The notes: a model not told the origin generated them from the sequence alone. A stretch of 60,259 nt of DNA from Magnetococcales bacterium (GCA_015233785.1 JADFWT010000004.1:1-60259); one strand, 5' to 3'. Counted from the stretch's first letter, positions 7,182 to 18,259 are shown. A program made the numbers and translations.

Positions 7182-9616
7182 GCGCCGCCAGCCTGACACC
7201 CGTATGGGCCGGTCGCCATCCTATTCAACGACTACTCTACCTTTTGGTAGCCATGGCCTTGGTGGTGACACTCTCCATTACGGCATTTCTTTTTTGGTGG
7301 GGCCATCTACACCGAGACCTGGAGGGCGTTGAGAGCGGTTATCACCTGGACGCGATCCAGTATAGCGCCCTTATCCATGAAGAATTGGGCGCCATTACCC
7401 TCCATCAAGCTGTAGAACAAGCTCATGCAAACGATCAAAACAAACATCACCACAAGGATTCTGAACAGGATGCCCACCCCCCTACGGCTACCAACCATGT
7501 CCACCAAGATTTCCTTAACCATAGCAACCACATTTTCATCATTCAAAAAGGGCTGAATAAACTCCTTAAGAACGACGCAAAATTTCCTAAACAAGCCGTC
7601 CGGCACGAAGATATAAAAATGGTCCAGGAGAAGCTGCAACGCCAATTCCGACAACTGGAAAAAGTATGGGAAGAAACCGGCCCGAATCAACCGATCAGCT
7701 TTCTCAACCAGAGCATTCGCTGGGTACACCCCATGTCGCTCACCTCCGAGCAACTCCGCCGCCTGCATCGGGCAGCCCATCAGACAAATCTCCAACACAT
7801 TGCTCAGAGCCGCCAACGCAATATCGGCTATTTATGGGGCGCCATCGGTACGCTGCTATTGTTAGGAGGTATTATCATCCAGCGATTACTACTGCTCATT
7901 GACGCCAACCTGATCCGCCAGGATGAGGCCCAACGTCAACTGGAAAGTAGCGCCCGTGCGTTGGCTGAAGGAGAGAAAAAATATCGCACCATTATTGATG
8001 CCACCGCTGAAGGGTTCTGGCTGTTCGATGCAAACGATCTGCATGTCATCGAAGTCAATGATGCACTCTGCCGTATGCTCGGCTACCAACGCACCGCCAT
8101 TCTGGGCCGTCCGCCGCTGGATTTTATCCACCCAGACAATATGCGTCACATCAAAGAAGTAGCCGGCAAGATTCTCTCCACCGACCACCGAAAATTCGAA
8201 ACCATTTTTCTTACCAAAGAGGGGATTTCACTCCACGCCCAAGTACACTGCACCACGCTTCATAACGAAAAAGGCCACCCACAATCTGCGTTTGCCTTCA
8301 TCACCGACATAACTCAGCTCAAAAAGATGGAAACGAGCATGCGCGATGCTAAAGAGGAGGCGGAGCGTGCCAATCTGGCCAAATCAGTATTTCTGGCGCA
8401 CATGAGCCATGAAATTCGGACGCCGCTTAATGCCATTCTCGGCATGGGTGAACTACTGATGGAGAACGCCGAAAATTCCGAACAGCGCCAATACCTTAAC
8501 AGCTCCCAAAAGGCCAGCAAAGCTCTACTCAACCTCATCGGCAACATTCTGGATTTCTCCAAAATTGAGGCGGGACAGCTCAAGTTGGAAACCATCCCCT
8601 TTGATCTGCGGGAGCTGCTGGAGGATGCCGCCCACGTCACCGCCTTTCTGGCGCAGGACAAAGGGCTGCTGCTACAGAGAAAGGTTGCACCAGCCATCCC
8701 CCACTGGGTGATGGGTGATCCGGTACGCATCAAACAGATCCTCATCAATCTGATCGGTAATGCCATCAAGTTTACTCCCGAAGGGGAGGTCACCCTCGCT
8801 GCGGACCTTACGGAAAAAAATTCGGTCCACTTCACCGTGCGAGACACCGGTATTGGCATCCCTCTGGAACGTCAATCGGCCATCTTCCGTCCATTCAGTC
8901 AGGCCGATCTCACCACCACACGGCGATTTGGCGGAGCGGGTTTGGGACTCAATATCTGCGCCAAGCTTGTGGAACAGATGGGGGGACGCATTTGGCTGGA
9001 GAGCCTACCTGAGGAGGGAAGTGCCTTTCAATTTGTGCTGCCACTCCCCCTGGCTCCGGCAGATAGAATCCCCAGAAAACGACCCCCCTTCCCTGGTTTA
9101 AACGATTTGGCACTCCTGGATGAGGATCGCCCACACGGCTCATCACGCCCATCGCACGATGAAGCACATGCCACTCGCCAACAGGGCCTCACGCCCCATA
9201 CACCTCCGCTAGAGATCCTGCTGGTGGAAGATGCCGAAGATAACCGGTTGCTCATCAAAGCCTATCTTAAAAAAACCGCACACCGTATCACCATGGCCGA
9301 AAACGGGCTGGAAGCGGTGAAAGCATTTCGCGCTCAACGTTTTGATCTGGTGCTGATGGATGTGCAGATGCCGGTGATGGACGGCATCGCCGCCACGCAT
9401 GAGTTGCGCCGTTGGGAAAAAGAGAAGCACACCATTCCCGTTCCAATCATCGCCCTGACGGCCCATGCTGTGAAAGACGTGATCCAGGCTACCAAAGAGG
9501 CCGGGTGCAACGGACATGTGACAAAGCCCATCACAAAGCAGCGACTTCTTGAGCTTCTTATGGAATATAAACAGGTATATTCAGGAGCTGAACGAACTGA
9601 CGGAGCACTAGGATGA
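7178..9616 (+). CDS. Hybrid sensor histidine kinase (2 TM, PAS, HisKA, HATPase, REC)
   Basis: [47 protein letters not shown]; 4-bp overlap with the upstream gene. Confidence 0.95.
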   Translation: MSAASLTPVWAGRHPIQRLLYLLVAMALVVTLSITAFLFWWGHLHRDLEGVESGYHLDAIQYSALIHEELGAITLHQAVEQAHANDQNKHHHKDSEQDAHPPTATNHVHQDFLNHSNHIFIIQKGLNKLLKNDAKFPKQAVRHEDIKMVQEKLQRQFRQLEKVWEETGPNQPISFLNQSIRWVHPMSLTSEQLRRLHRAAHQTNLQHIAQSRQRNIGYLWGAIGTLLLLGGIIIQRLLLLIDANLIRQDEAQRQLESSARALAEGEKKYRTIIDATAEGFWLFDANDLHVIEVNDALCRMLGYQRTAILGRPPLDFIHPDNMRHIKEVAGKILSTDHRKFETIFLTKEGISLHAQVHCTTLHNEKGHPQSAFAFITDITQLKKMETSMRDAKEEAERANLAKSVFLAHMSHEIRTPLNAILGMGELLMENAENSEQRQYLNSSQKASKALLNLIGNILDFSKIEAGQLKLETIPFDLRELLEDAAHVTAFLAQDKGLLLQRKVAPAIPHWVMGDPVRIKQILINLIGNAIKFTPEGEVTLAADLTEKNSVHFTVRDTGIGIPLERQSAIFRPFSQADLTTTRRFGGAGLGLNICAKLVEQMGGRIWLESLPEEGSAFQFVLPLPLAPADRIPRKRPPFPGLNDLALLDEDRPHGSSRPSHDEAHATRQQGLTPHTPPLEILLVEDAEDNRLLIKAYLKKTAHRITMAENGLEAVKAFRAQRFDLVLMDVQMPVMDGIAATHELRRWEKEKHTIPVPIIALTAHAVKDVIQATKEAGCNGHVTKPITKQRLLELLMEYKQVYSGAERTDGALG

Positions 9617-10645
9617 TGGCCCACTCACGGGGTTATTAGGTTCCATGCTGCACGATAGACTCGAAGCTCGGTAACGCCCTGGCGCCATACCATAGCGTGC
9701 TGAAAATGCATTAATAAAATTATTCACATGATTGTAGCCAATGCGCCATGCAATCTCCTTAATAGGCAGATCGTGACGCACCAACAGTTGACGAGCATGC
9801 TCCAGCCGAAGATTGCGCAGATGGGCAAATGCTGTTTCGCCATAGAGCGCTTTAAAGCCGTAATTCAGAGCTTTGGGCGTCATGGAGACCGAAGCCGCCA
9901 ACGCCTGAAGATCCGGTGGATTCTGCATCTCCTGGATCAGTTGCTCCCGAGCCGCTTCAATTTTTTCCAACTGCACACGCCCCAACTTGAACAAGGAGTC
10001 GCGAGGATCCTTCAACTCTTGCAACAGTGACAGATGTTGACCAAACAGATCATACAGGCGTGCTTCAAAAAAGAGCTTGCTCATCACCCCCGTATACTGA
10101 CAGTTCAGTAACTCCTCCACCATACGACGCATGGTACTGTTCTGCCCACACTCCATGGCCAACGACTCATAACTCCGCCGCTCCACGATACTTCGGTAAG
10201 CTTTTGGAATGGATGACACACCATTAAAAATCTTTTTGCAGAACGATAAAGAGAGCACCAACGCAACCCAGCGCAGACGTCGATGCACGATAAATTTCGT
10301 CCCTGCGACAGAGGGGGATAGAACGGCATGCCGCCCTTGTTTTATGGAAAACGGCTGACGTTGATTAGGAATCGAGACAGAGCATCTTCCCTCTATTGGA
10401 AAGAAAAGACAGATCGACGTATCCGGCTCAAAATGTTCGGCATCCAACATCACATCGACACCATCGGCCTCAACGTCGAGCAAGTAGATCTTCCCACCCT
10501 TCCGGGGCTCAACCATCTGCATGAAACCATACAAGGAGTCATCGTCATAGATGATCTTTTTAGAAAAGCTCACCCCCTGCTTATCGCCCTTTTCATCAAA
10601 TGATATCCATGCAAATGGATCTGTATTATCCAGCATATCGACCAT
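9608..10645 (-). CDS. AraC-family regulator (PchR-like)
   Basis: C-terminal double HTH: PDLQALAASV...GFKALYG...IKEIAWRIGY...FINAFSARYGMAPG. Confidence 0.9.
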   Translation of the reverse strand: MVDMLDNTDPFAWISFDEKGDKQGVSFSKKIIYDDDSLYGFMQMVEPRKGGKIYLLDVEADGVDVMLDAEHFEPDTSICLFFPIEGRCSVSIPNQRQPFSIKQGRHAVLSPSVAGTKFIVHRRLRWVALVLSLSFCKKIFNGVSSIPKAYRSIVERRSYESLAMECGQNSTMRRMVEELLNCQYTGVMSKLFFEARLYDLFGQHLSLLQELKDPRDSLFKLGRVQLEKIEAAREQLIQEMQNPPDLQALAASVSMTPKALNYGFKALYGETAFAHLRNLRLEHARQLLVRHDLPIKEIAWRIGYNHVNNFINAFSARYGMAPGRYRASSLSCSMEPNNPVSGPSS

Positions 10646-11291
10646 ATTGCTGTTAAGTTTACGACCAGTCGCATGCTACTCCCTAAGACAACACGCACAA
10701 CAATGACTTCGACAAAAAAATATCGTATTTAGATGACCGGTCACGAAGTGATACGAACTATAGCAAAACCTCTACCGAACCTCGGGTAAAAACCTTTAAA
10801 CATAGAAGATTCTTTTTTACATAGTTATGCAGGCATTTCCCTTTGCAAAATTCAACAAAACCGCCCAAGAATAATTCATGATCATTAAAATAATATACTG
10901 AGAATTATTTCTTGACCATTATAACTCTATGATGTTACACACCAATTGATCATACACCGATAAGCATCATCAAAAAGGTGCTAAAACCTAGAAAACCAGC
11001 CCTCTTCCGGCAATGCAGTACAACAGTTTAGATGATAATGGTACTGACTGACATGAAATTTTTCACGAAACGGGTAGTATGCCGAATCATATATTGATAT
11101 TATGGGATAGATCTATGGGGAAGTAGATCTAATAATAGGCTCAAAGATAGCCATCAATTAAGGGGCGAGAAAAGCCCTGGCAGGCACCACTCGCCAACTG
11201 CCACACATCGCATGCGCTGCCCGCAACCAGATTAGACGGACTTGTGGATCTTGAGGTGCACGCTCCCACCACAATCATAAGGGAAATCACC

Positions 11292-11945
11292 ATGCGCCCG
11301 CGTCACAACCGACCCCAGCCAGCCACGAACTCCGAAAATCCTGAACTCAATCAGAAGATTGCCCAACTCACTCAGGAGGCAGAAGAGCGCGCCAATAAGA
11401 AAGGGCCGTTGCAGCCCTATACTGTGGAACGTTTCCGGGAAACCATGTTCTCCAAATTGCGCCGTGTCGGTGCTCCAGAATTTGATCGACACCATGAACA
11501 ATTAGTAAGTTATATTGTTGATGTTTATGAAGTTGTTCAAGTTCTCCAACGCAAGCGGCCAAGCGATGACGTACTTGAACAACTAAGCATATCATTAGAT
11601 AAGTTGCAAGAATATACCGTCTACCATTTTCGTGAGGAAGAGCGCTTCTTAGAAGAGATTAACTACCCCCAATTAGAACCTCACAAAGAGCTACATAAAG
11701 CCTTTGTTTCGCGCTTCATACAAATCCGACGCGATATTCATGACGGCAAGCCTCACTATGTGCTTGATCTGTTTTTCTCTACCTTCAGTTGGCTGTTCGA
11801 ACACATCAACACCCATGACATGCAATATGGGCGATACTTCAAAGAGTCCTGTGGATCTCGCAGACCGAAACGTTCCCCCTCTACCATGTCTTCACCGAAA
11901 ACTTCACATCCTTCACCAAGATCAACTCATGCCCCTCCTGATTGA
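11292..11945 (+). CDS. Bacteriohemerythrin
   Basis: Di-iron ligand motifs H(EQLV), HFREEE, HKELH and HINTHD. ATG at 11292 follows AAGGGA (track start is 11244). Confidence 0.9.
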   Translation: MRPRHNRPQPATNSENPELNQKIAQLTQEAEERANKKGPLQPYTVERFRETMFSKLRRVGAPEFDRHHEQLVSYIVDVYEVVQVLQRKRPSDDVLEQLSISLDKLQEYTVYHFREEERFLEEINYPQLEPHKELHKAFVSRFIQIRRDIHDGKPHYVLDLFFSTFSWLFEHINTHDMQYGRYFKESCGSRRPKRSPSTMSSPKTSHPSPRSTHAPPD

Positions 11946-12429
11946 AATGTAGAGGTTCTGCTCCGGCGGCTTCAATTTTGCCATCGACTTCACGCTGGCC
12001 GGCGATGGTAATGGTCTCACCCTTTTGTATCTTAAAAATTTTATCTCGTAGAGTTTTCGCATTCTCCGGAATCAAATGCAGCACGGCCAAGGAACCTTTG
12101 GGAGGCCGTTGTCGTCGCCATAGAAAAGCATAGACCCCATCACGCATCCGCCGTACTTTTACAATGTCAGGGTTGTTGAAATCCTCTGTTGTCAGCACCA
12201 GATGATGGCTCACCAACGGAATATGCGGATGGGGTTCAGCCACATCTATTCGACGCACCCGACCAGTATGGGAAACCATTTTTCCCCAGCCGCTTCGATA
12301 AGTCGCATCACGATAATCAACAAAGTCAGGTGGACCTGGCACCGGAATATGCAAATAGCTGAAATAGAGCGCAACCACAGCTCCCAAAGAAAGGATGGTC
12401 AGTGTGATTCGGGTCTGTGAATTCATCAT
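11881..12429 (-). CDS. Membrane-anchored hypothetical protein (paralog of 26346-26987)
   Basis: N-terminal TM helix; shares PLVSHHLVL..EDF / LHLIP / IQKGETITIAGQREVDG with the 26 kb gene. Confidence 0.8.
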   Translation of the reverse strand: MMNSQTRITLTILSLGAVVALYFSYLHIPVPGPPDFVDYRDATYRSGWGKMVSHTGRVRRIDVAEPHPHIPLVSHHLVLTTEDFNNPDIVKVRRMRDGVYAFLWRRQRPPKGSLAVLHLIPENAKTLRDKIFKIQKGETITIAGQREVDGKIEAAGAEPLHFNQEGHELILVKDVKFSVKTW

Positions 12430-12737
12430 AAATGGGATCTCTGGCATTGGGTGGAATAACGCACAATGCATGGGCCGCATCGCACCAATCATAATCTCAC
12501 CTTCTTTCACAGCCCCTCTTTTATCAGTTGCAATGCCCGGACACCAGCTTCGAAAAATAAAGATATGGTGTGTGTTTTCCATAGATTACCATTCGCAACC
12601 TCTTGCACAAAGATGTCAAATAGCGGTATAAACTCTTCTTCGAATGTGAACTAAATTTTACATACGATCGGCACAACAGCTTATCCGGACACTGATACCA
12701 TTCTTCACTAGGTTGCAACTGACTGAAGGCAAATCTC

Positions 12738-15587
12738 ATGCGTCTCTTCTCAACGGTATCGACCATTCTCAAGTGGCCATTTAACACCGTCACACTACGT
12801 GAGCGCCTACTCCTTCTCCTGCTTGTCCCTCTTATGGGAATTATCCTGTTTTCTGCCCATGAGATTTTCCAAGCTTGGAAAGTATCAGAAGAGATGAAAG
12901 AGATTGGCCAGCGCTCCGATCACACCTTGGGTATCAACCAACTTTTGCAAGCCATTCAACGCGAGAGAGAACTTACCGCCAGCTATCTTGGCAGTGAGGG
13001 AACACAACACAAACAGGCGCTCAATATTCAACGCCAATCAACCGACCAGCTTGCCGACCATCTGCGTGAAGTGATGGACAGTCATTCCATGAAGGCCTCG
13101 TCATTGGCCCAGCCTCCCATAGCATGGCTGAATTACGAAGCTTCCCGGCTGGGACTGAAGTCGGTACGTAATAAAGTCGATCAGCTGACCCTCTCATTTT
13201 ACCGTGCCAACAGCTACTACAGCGAGATGATCCGAGCACTTCTGGACACTGCGGACCATATGATGCGCCACGCCCCGGATCTGGCACTGGCCAATCTCAG
13301 CTTTGCCCATATCAATTTTCTACGGGGCCTGGAACAGGTGGACCAGGAACGATCTGTGTTGGCCAATGCCTTTGTGCGCGGTGGATTTGAACATGGCATG
13401 TATGCCCTGTTCCAAACGCTTGAGGTTGGGCAGAAAATCTACTTCGGAGTCTTTCGCCGAACCGCCCAGCAAAAGGATATTCACCTCTTCAACAAGATCA
13501 CCAGAAGCCCGGAAGCCGCCGAAGTGGCACGCATGAAAGAGCGAGCCTTTGCCAGTGGGACAGCAACACGCCTCTATGTGCTTCTGGGACGTCTATATCG
13601 CCATATGGCCTTACGAGGCGTCTATCACTCTTTTAAAAATCTGGTACTGCGCGGCTCCCGCTATGGCCATGACAATAATCTTCCCAATCCCGACTTACAG
13701 AAACGCTATCGGGCCGAGTTCTATACCAGCTATCAAGCCTCTCAAAAAATCATCAAGAAGATTTTAGCTCTACCCCCCAAAGAGCTGCCATCTGAACAGC
13801 GTCGATTGGTGGAGATCATCCGTGAGAACCTGCGTGCCTACCAAGCCAATGTCGCGTTGGTGATTCAACAGCAGAATGCAGGCCAGTCCATCTATAGGAT
13901 CGACCAGGATCCCAATCATGGCGTTAAAATCAATGACACGCCCGCCTTCCATGCCATCGAGAAGCTTATGAATACCACTGCTGTCGGGGCCTTTGACGTC
14001 TCCCCGAATGCCTGGTTACAAGTCAGCGCCATAAAACGGACCAAACTGCGAGCCTTGGAGAAACGGTTGGCACATGCCGTAAAAGAGCGTGCTGAAGAAG
14101 CAAGACATGAAGCTTTTACGCTGTTAATCAGCGCGATGCTCATTACCCTCATCATGGTGACGATCATCAGCCTGCTGGGTGGCCGGTTGATCCTTTCATT
14201 GCAACGGCGTGTCAAGCGTCTTGTCACCTCCGTGGATCGAATCGCCAACGGCCATCTTGACGAACGCTACCCTGTTCAGCTCAACGATGAAATCGGCCAT
14301 TTAGGTGAACGTGTCAACCTCATGGCCGAGCGGCTGGATCTCCACCACACCACATCCGCCATCATACGAGATCTCCTGGAATCAGCTCTGGAACCAACCC
14401 CACTCCAAGACCAACTGGACCAATCGCTCACGCTACTATTTTTTCAGGACAACCTCCCCATTCAGGCCAAAGGCTCCATCTTCCTGGTAGATGAGGAGTC
14501 CGACGAACTGGTCATGGTCTCCCATCATGGTCTTCACCCTCATCTGCTGTCCGAATGCGCCCGCATCAAACCCGGCCACTGTCTCTGCGGCCAAGCGGCC
14601 CAGAGCCGAGAGCCGGTACTGGCCGCCTGCCTCGACGAACGTCACTCGGTACACTTTGACGACATTCAACCCCACGGCCACGTCTGCCTGCCGATTCTCT
14701 ACCGGGATAAACTTCTGGGGGTGTTCAACCTCTACTTACCGGATGGCCACCACTGCACCGCTTCGGAACTCGCCTTTTACGAAGCGATTGTGGATACCCT
14801 GGCAGGTGTTATCGTGCGCAAACGGGTGGAAGAAGAGGTAGAACGGTTCCGTGGACGGCTGTTGTTTGAACGGACCTTTATTGAAGAAATTGTCGCTAAG
14901 ATGAGGGCATCCAGCCGGTTTGATGGGAAAGATCTGCGCACATTAGAGGCGCCGGTAGAGCGTACGGCTGGAGATATCCTACTCTCGGCCTATCGGCCCA
15001 GTGGCGGACATCACGTCATGATGGGGGATTTTACCGGCCACGGACTTTCTGCTGCAATTGGCGGGCCTATGGTATCGGATATCTTCTACGCCATGACCGC
15101 CAAAAACTTTGCCTTGCAAGAGATTATTGATGAGATCAATCAACAATTGGTGAGCAAAACCCCGGCAGGAATGTTCATGGCCGCGGTATTCATTGAGCTG
15201 GACAATGGACAGAACCAAGCACGAATCTGGAACTGTAGCACCCCGGATGTACTGCTGTTTCGGGATGGCGAACTACATGATCGGGTGACCTCAGGCTATC
15301 TGGCAAGAGGCATCATTGAGAGCAAGGAATCCCCCCCTACTGAAGTCAGCCTCTGCCCCGGAGATCGCCTGATCGCCTGTACCGACGGCGTAACTGAGAC
15401 CTTCAACCGTAACAATGAAGAGCTAAAACAGAAGGGAGTAGATGCACTTCTGGAACAAATCATTCAGCACAATGGACCGTTGGATGAGCTACTCCAAGGA
15501 CTCTCCAAGTTTCGACAAGGCGTTGAACAAGCGGATGATATTACCGTGGTAGAGGTGCGGGTGGTGGATTTTGGAATCGCTGGGTAA
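12738..15587 (+). CDS. Membrane sensor phosphatase: NIT-like + HAMP + GAF + SpoIIE/PP2C
   Basis: IQRERE and QERS (NIT-like), DEIGHLG (HAMP), CLCGQAA (GAF), MGDFTGHG / TDGVTE / QADDIT (PP2C). Confidence 0.9.
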   Translation: MRLFSTVSTILKWPFNTVTLRERLLLLLLVPLMGIILFSAHEIFQAWKVSEEMKEIGQRSDHTLGINQLLQAIQRERELTASYLGSEGTQHKQALNIQRQSTDQLADHLREVMDSHSMKASSLAQPPIAWLNYEASRLGLKSVRNKVDQLTLSFYRANSYYSEMIRALLDTADHMMRHAPDLALANLSFAHINFLRGLEQVDQERSVLANAFVRGGFEHGMYALFQTLEVGQKIYFGVFRRTAQQKDIHLFNKITRSPEAAEVARMKERAFASGTATRLYVLLGRLYRHMALRGVYHSFKNLVLRGSRYGHDNNLPNPDLQKRYRAEFYTSYQASQKIIKKILALPPKELPSEQRRLVEIIRENLRAYQANVALVIQQQNAGQSIYRIDQDPNHGVKINDTPAFHAIEKLMNTTAVGAFDVSPNAWLQVSAIKRTKLRALEKRLAHAVKERAEEARHEAFTLLISAMLITLIMVTIISLLGGRLILSLQRRVKRLVTSVDRIANGHLDERYPVQLNDEIGHLGERVNLMAERLDLHHTTSAIIRDLLESALEPTPLQDQLDQSLTLLFFQDNLPIQAKGSIFLVDEESDELVMVSHHGLHPHLLSECARIKPGHCLCGQAAQSREPVLAACLDERHSVHFDDIQPHGHVCLPILYRDKLLGVFNLYLPDGHHCTASELAFYEAIVDTLAGVIVRKRVEEEVERFRGRLLFERTFIEEIVAKMRASSRFDGKDLRTLEAPVERTAGDILLSAYRPSGGHHVMMGDFTGHGLSAAIGGPMVSDIFYAMTAKNFALQEIIDEINQQLVSKTPAGMFMAAVFIELDNGQNQARIWNCSTPDVLLFRDGELHDRVTSGYLARGIIESKESPPTEVSLCPGDRLIACTDGVTETFNRNNEELKQKGVDALLEQIIQHNGPLDELLQGLSKFRQGVEQADDITVVEVRVVDFGIAG

Positions 15588-15674
15588 GATGGACCGATTC
15601 CCATCCCCATCGTCACTTTGCTAGGATAGTGTAATGACCTCTCCGCGCCGTTCCACCCTGACAAGGAGCCCACC

Positions 15675-18209
15675 ATGGCCCCCGCATCCAACAACGGCCA
15701 GACCCTCTCCATCCCCCAGGCGATACAGCACGCGCTGAATCACCATCAGGCCGGGCAGTTCCCGGAGGCCGAGGCGATCTACCGCCAGATTCTGTCCGCC
15801 GACCCTAACCAACCAGACGCCCTGCATCTGTTAGGGGCCATCGCTCAGCAGTTCGGTCAGGTGGATGACGCCATCCATCTTATGGAGCGGGCTGTTGCCG
15901 CCAACAACGCGCTTGCACCTGCACACTGCAACCTCGGCCATCTCTATCGACAACAGGGACGACGGAAAAAGGCCCTGATATCCCTGCGCAAGGCAGCCCA
16001 ACTAGACCCCAATCTGGCCGAGGCTCATAACGGTCTGGGCAATCTCTACATGGACCGCGATAAACTACGCAAGGCGACAGCCTGCTTTAAAAAAGCCGTG
16101 GCCATTCAACCCAACCTCTTTGAGGCCCATAATAACCTTGGTAATGTTCTGGCAAGACAAAACAGACCGGAGGAGGCCCAATCACACTACGAAACGGCCA
16201 TCACCCTTCAGCCCCAGTCCGCCGAGGCCCATGACAATCTTGGCGCACTCTATCTCAGCATGGCCCGCTGGGAGGCGGCGGAAAAGAGCTTCCAGCAGGC
16301 CATAGCCGCACAACCCAACTACGCCCCTGCGTTTACAAATCTGGCTAGACTCCACCTTGAACAGGGTGCGTACGATCAAGCGTTATCAGCTCTCCAGCAA
16401 GCTAGGTCATTGCTACCGGACGATGCCGAACCGGCCATGTTGGTGGGCCTGATCCATGAACAACAAGGAGACTTCTCGGCGGCTGAAGAGGGGTATCGGC
16501 ACGCCACCGAGATTGACCCTAAGTTGGCCAAGGCACACAACAATCGGGGCAACATGCAAAACCGCCTGGGACGACTCCAGGAGGCTATGGAGAGTTACCG
16601 CGAAGCACTGGCCATTCGCCCCGACTATGTGGAAGCCCACTATAATGCTGCCCATACCAGACGCTCTTTGGGACAACTGGAGCAAGCAGCGGACAGCTAT
16701 CGAAAGGCGATCGCCTTTCGGCCCCATTTTCCTGATGCTCATAACAATCTGGGAGCACTGCTCTCTGAACTGGGGCGTCTGGATGAGGCCACCGTTCACT
16801 TTCAACGGGCCCTGAAGCTACGCCCCAATGATCAGGATGCCCTGAACAACCTTGGAAGTGCCCTGCGAGACCAGGGGCAACTCACAGAAGCGACCGATTG
16901 TTACCGGCAGGCTATCCATAACGGTGGCGGATTCGGCGTGGTGAAGAATTTGATCAGCACCATGCTCTACACCCCTGATATTGATCATGAGACGCTCTTT
17001 GAGACCAGCCGGGAGCATATGGCCCGCTGCGCCGCCCGCATTGGCCCCAAGGGACCCATCCAAGCTCCTGAACTCGCCTCACTCACCGATCCAACTTCTG
17101 GCACCCATCGTCTGCGGGTGGGGTATCTATCATCCGATTTTCGAGATCATCCGGTCGGCCATAACATCTATCCCCTGCTGGCACTTCATGATCCAAGCAA
17201 GGTGGACCTATACTGTTACGCCGACCCGCCCAACGAAGACACCATGACGGCCCGTTTTCGAGAGGCAGCCCTGCACTGGCGCTCGGTACGAGGTTGGAGT
17301 AGCCACCAGATTGCCGAGAAGATCCGTCAGGACGGCATTCACATCATGGTTTATCTGGCCGGATGGATGGATTCCAACCGCCCCCTGGTGGCCACGTGGC
17401 GTCCGGCCCCCATTCAAGTGAGCTTCCACGACATCGCCTCATCCACCCTAACCGAGATGGATTACTGGCTCTCCGATAGCGTGTTGCATCCTGAATCGGG
17501 AAGCCGGGAGCAGTTCAGCGAAAAGCTCTGGCGCTTGCCTCACTTCTACAGCTACCCAAAACTCGACAAGGCCCCGGAAACAGCTCCCCCTCCTTGTGAG
17601 AAGCATGGCTTTATCACCTTTGGTTCCTTCAATCGATTGACCAAGATCAATCCGAAGGTGATTGCCCTCTGGGCCAAAATTCTGGATCGCGTTCCCGATT
17701 CAAAGCTACGACTCAAATATCGTAACCATCTGGGCAGCACCCCGATTCGGGATGCCCTGCGTGGGGCCTTTGGGGAACATGGCATCCCCTCGGAACGTCT
17801 CATTCTGGACCGATCGCTGGACGATGGCCAAGCCCATCTGTCGCACTATAAAAACGTAGATATCGCTCTAGATCCATTCCCCTTCACCGGAGCCACCACC
17901 ACCTTTCAGGCGCTCTGGATGGGTGTACCGGTCATCTCCCTGCTGGGGGATGGGTTTGTTCATCGGATGGCGGGAGATATTCTGGTACATGCAGGGCTGT
18001 CGGGGTGGGCAGTTGCCACACCGGAAGCTTATGTACAACGGGCCGTCTCCGCCGCAGCCAATAAGCCACTGCTACGGGAGATGCGCATAAAGCTTCGGCA
18101 GCAGGTTAGGAACTCTGTGCTCTGTGATGGGCCGGGTTACGCTCAAGATGTGGAACGGGCGTTTGTGGAGATGTGGCACCAACAGACAGGAGCCAATATT
18201 TCATCATGA
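15675..18209 (+). CDS. TPR + GT41 O-GlcNAc-transferase/SPINDLY-like glycosyltransferase
   Basis: About a dozen TPRs, then RVGYLSSDFRDHPVG, FGSFNRLTKIN and DIALDPFPFTGATTTFQALWMGVPV. Confidence 0.93.
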   Translation: MAPASNNGQTLSIPQAIQHALNHHQAGQFPEAEAIYRQILSADPNQPDALHLLGAIAQQFGQVDDAIHLMERAVAANNALAPAHCNLGHLYRQQGRRKKALISLRKAAQLDPNLAEAHNGLGNLYMDRDKLRKATACFKKAVAIQPNLFEAHNNLGNVLARQNRPEEAQSHYETAITLQPQSAEAHDNLGALYLSMARWEAAEKSFQQAIAAQPNYAPAFTNLARLHLEQGAYDQALSALQQARSLLPDDAEPAMLVGLIHEQQGDFSAAEEGYRHATEIDPKLAKAHNNRGNMQNRLGRLQEAMESYREALAIRPDYVEAHYNAAHTRRSLGQLEQAADSYRKAIAFRPHFPDAHNNLGALLSELGRLDEATVHFQRALKLRPNDQDALNNLGSALRDQGQLTEATDCYRQAIHNGGGFGVVKNLISTMLYTPDIDHETLFETSREHMARCAARIGPKGPIQAPELASLTDPTSGTHRLRVGYLSSDFRDHPVGHNIYPLLALHDPSKVDLYCYADPPNEDTMTARFREAALHWRSVRGWSSHQIAEKIRQDGIHIMVYLAGWMDSNRPLVATWRPAPIQVSFHDIASSTLTEMDYWLSDSVLHPESGSREQFSEKLWRLPHFYSYPKLDKAPETAPPPCEKHGFITFGSFNRLTKINPKVIALWAKILDRVPDSKLRLKYRNHLGSTPIRDALRGAFGEHGIPSERLILDRSLDDGQAHLSHYKNVDIALDPFPFTGATTTFQALWMGVPVISLLGDGFVHRMAGDILVHAGLSGWAVATPEAYVQRAVSAAANKPLLREMRIKLRQQVRNSVLCDGPGYAQDVERAFVEMWHQQTGANISS

Positions 18210-18259
18210 TGAAATGACCGACAAGTAATCCCTATGGAAGAAGCCTGGAATCCGTCGAT

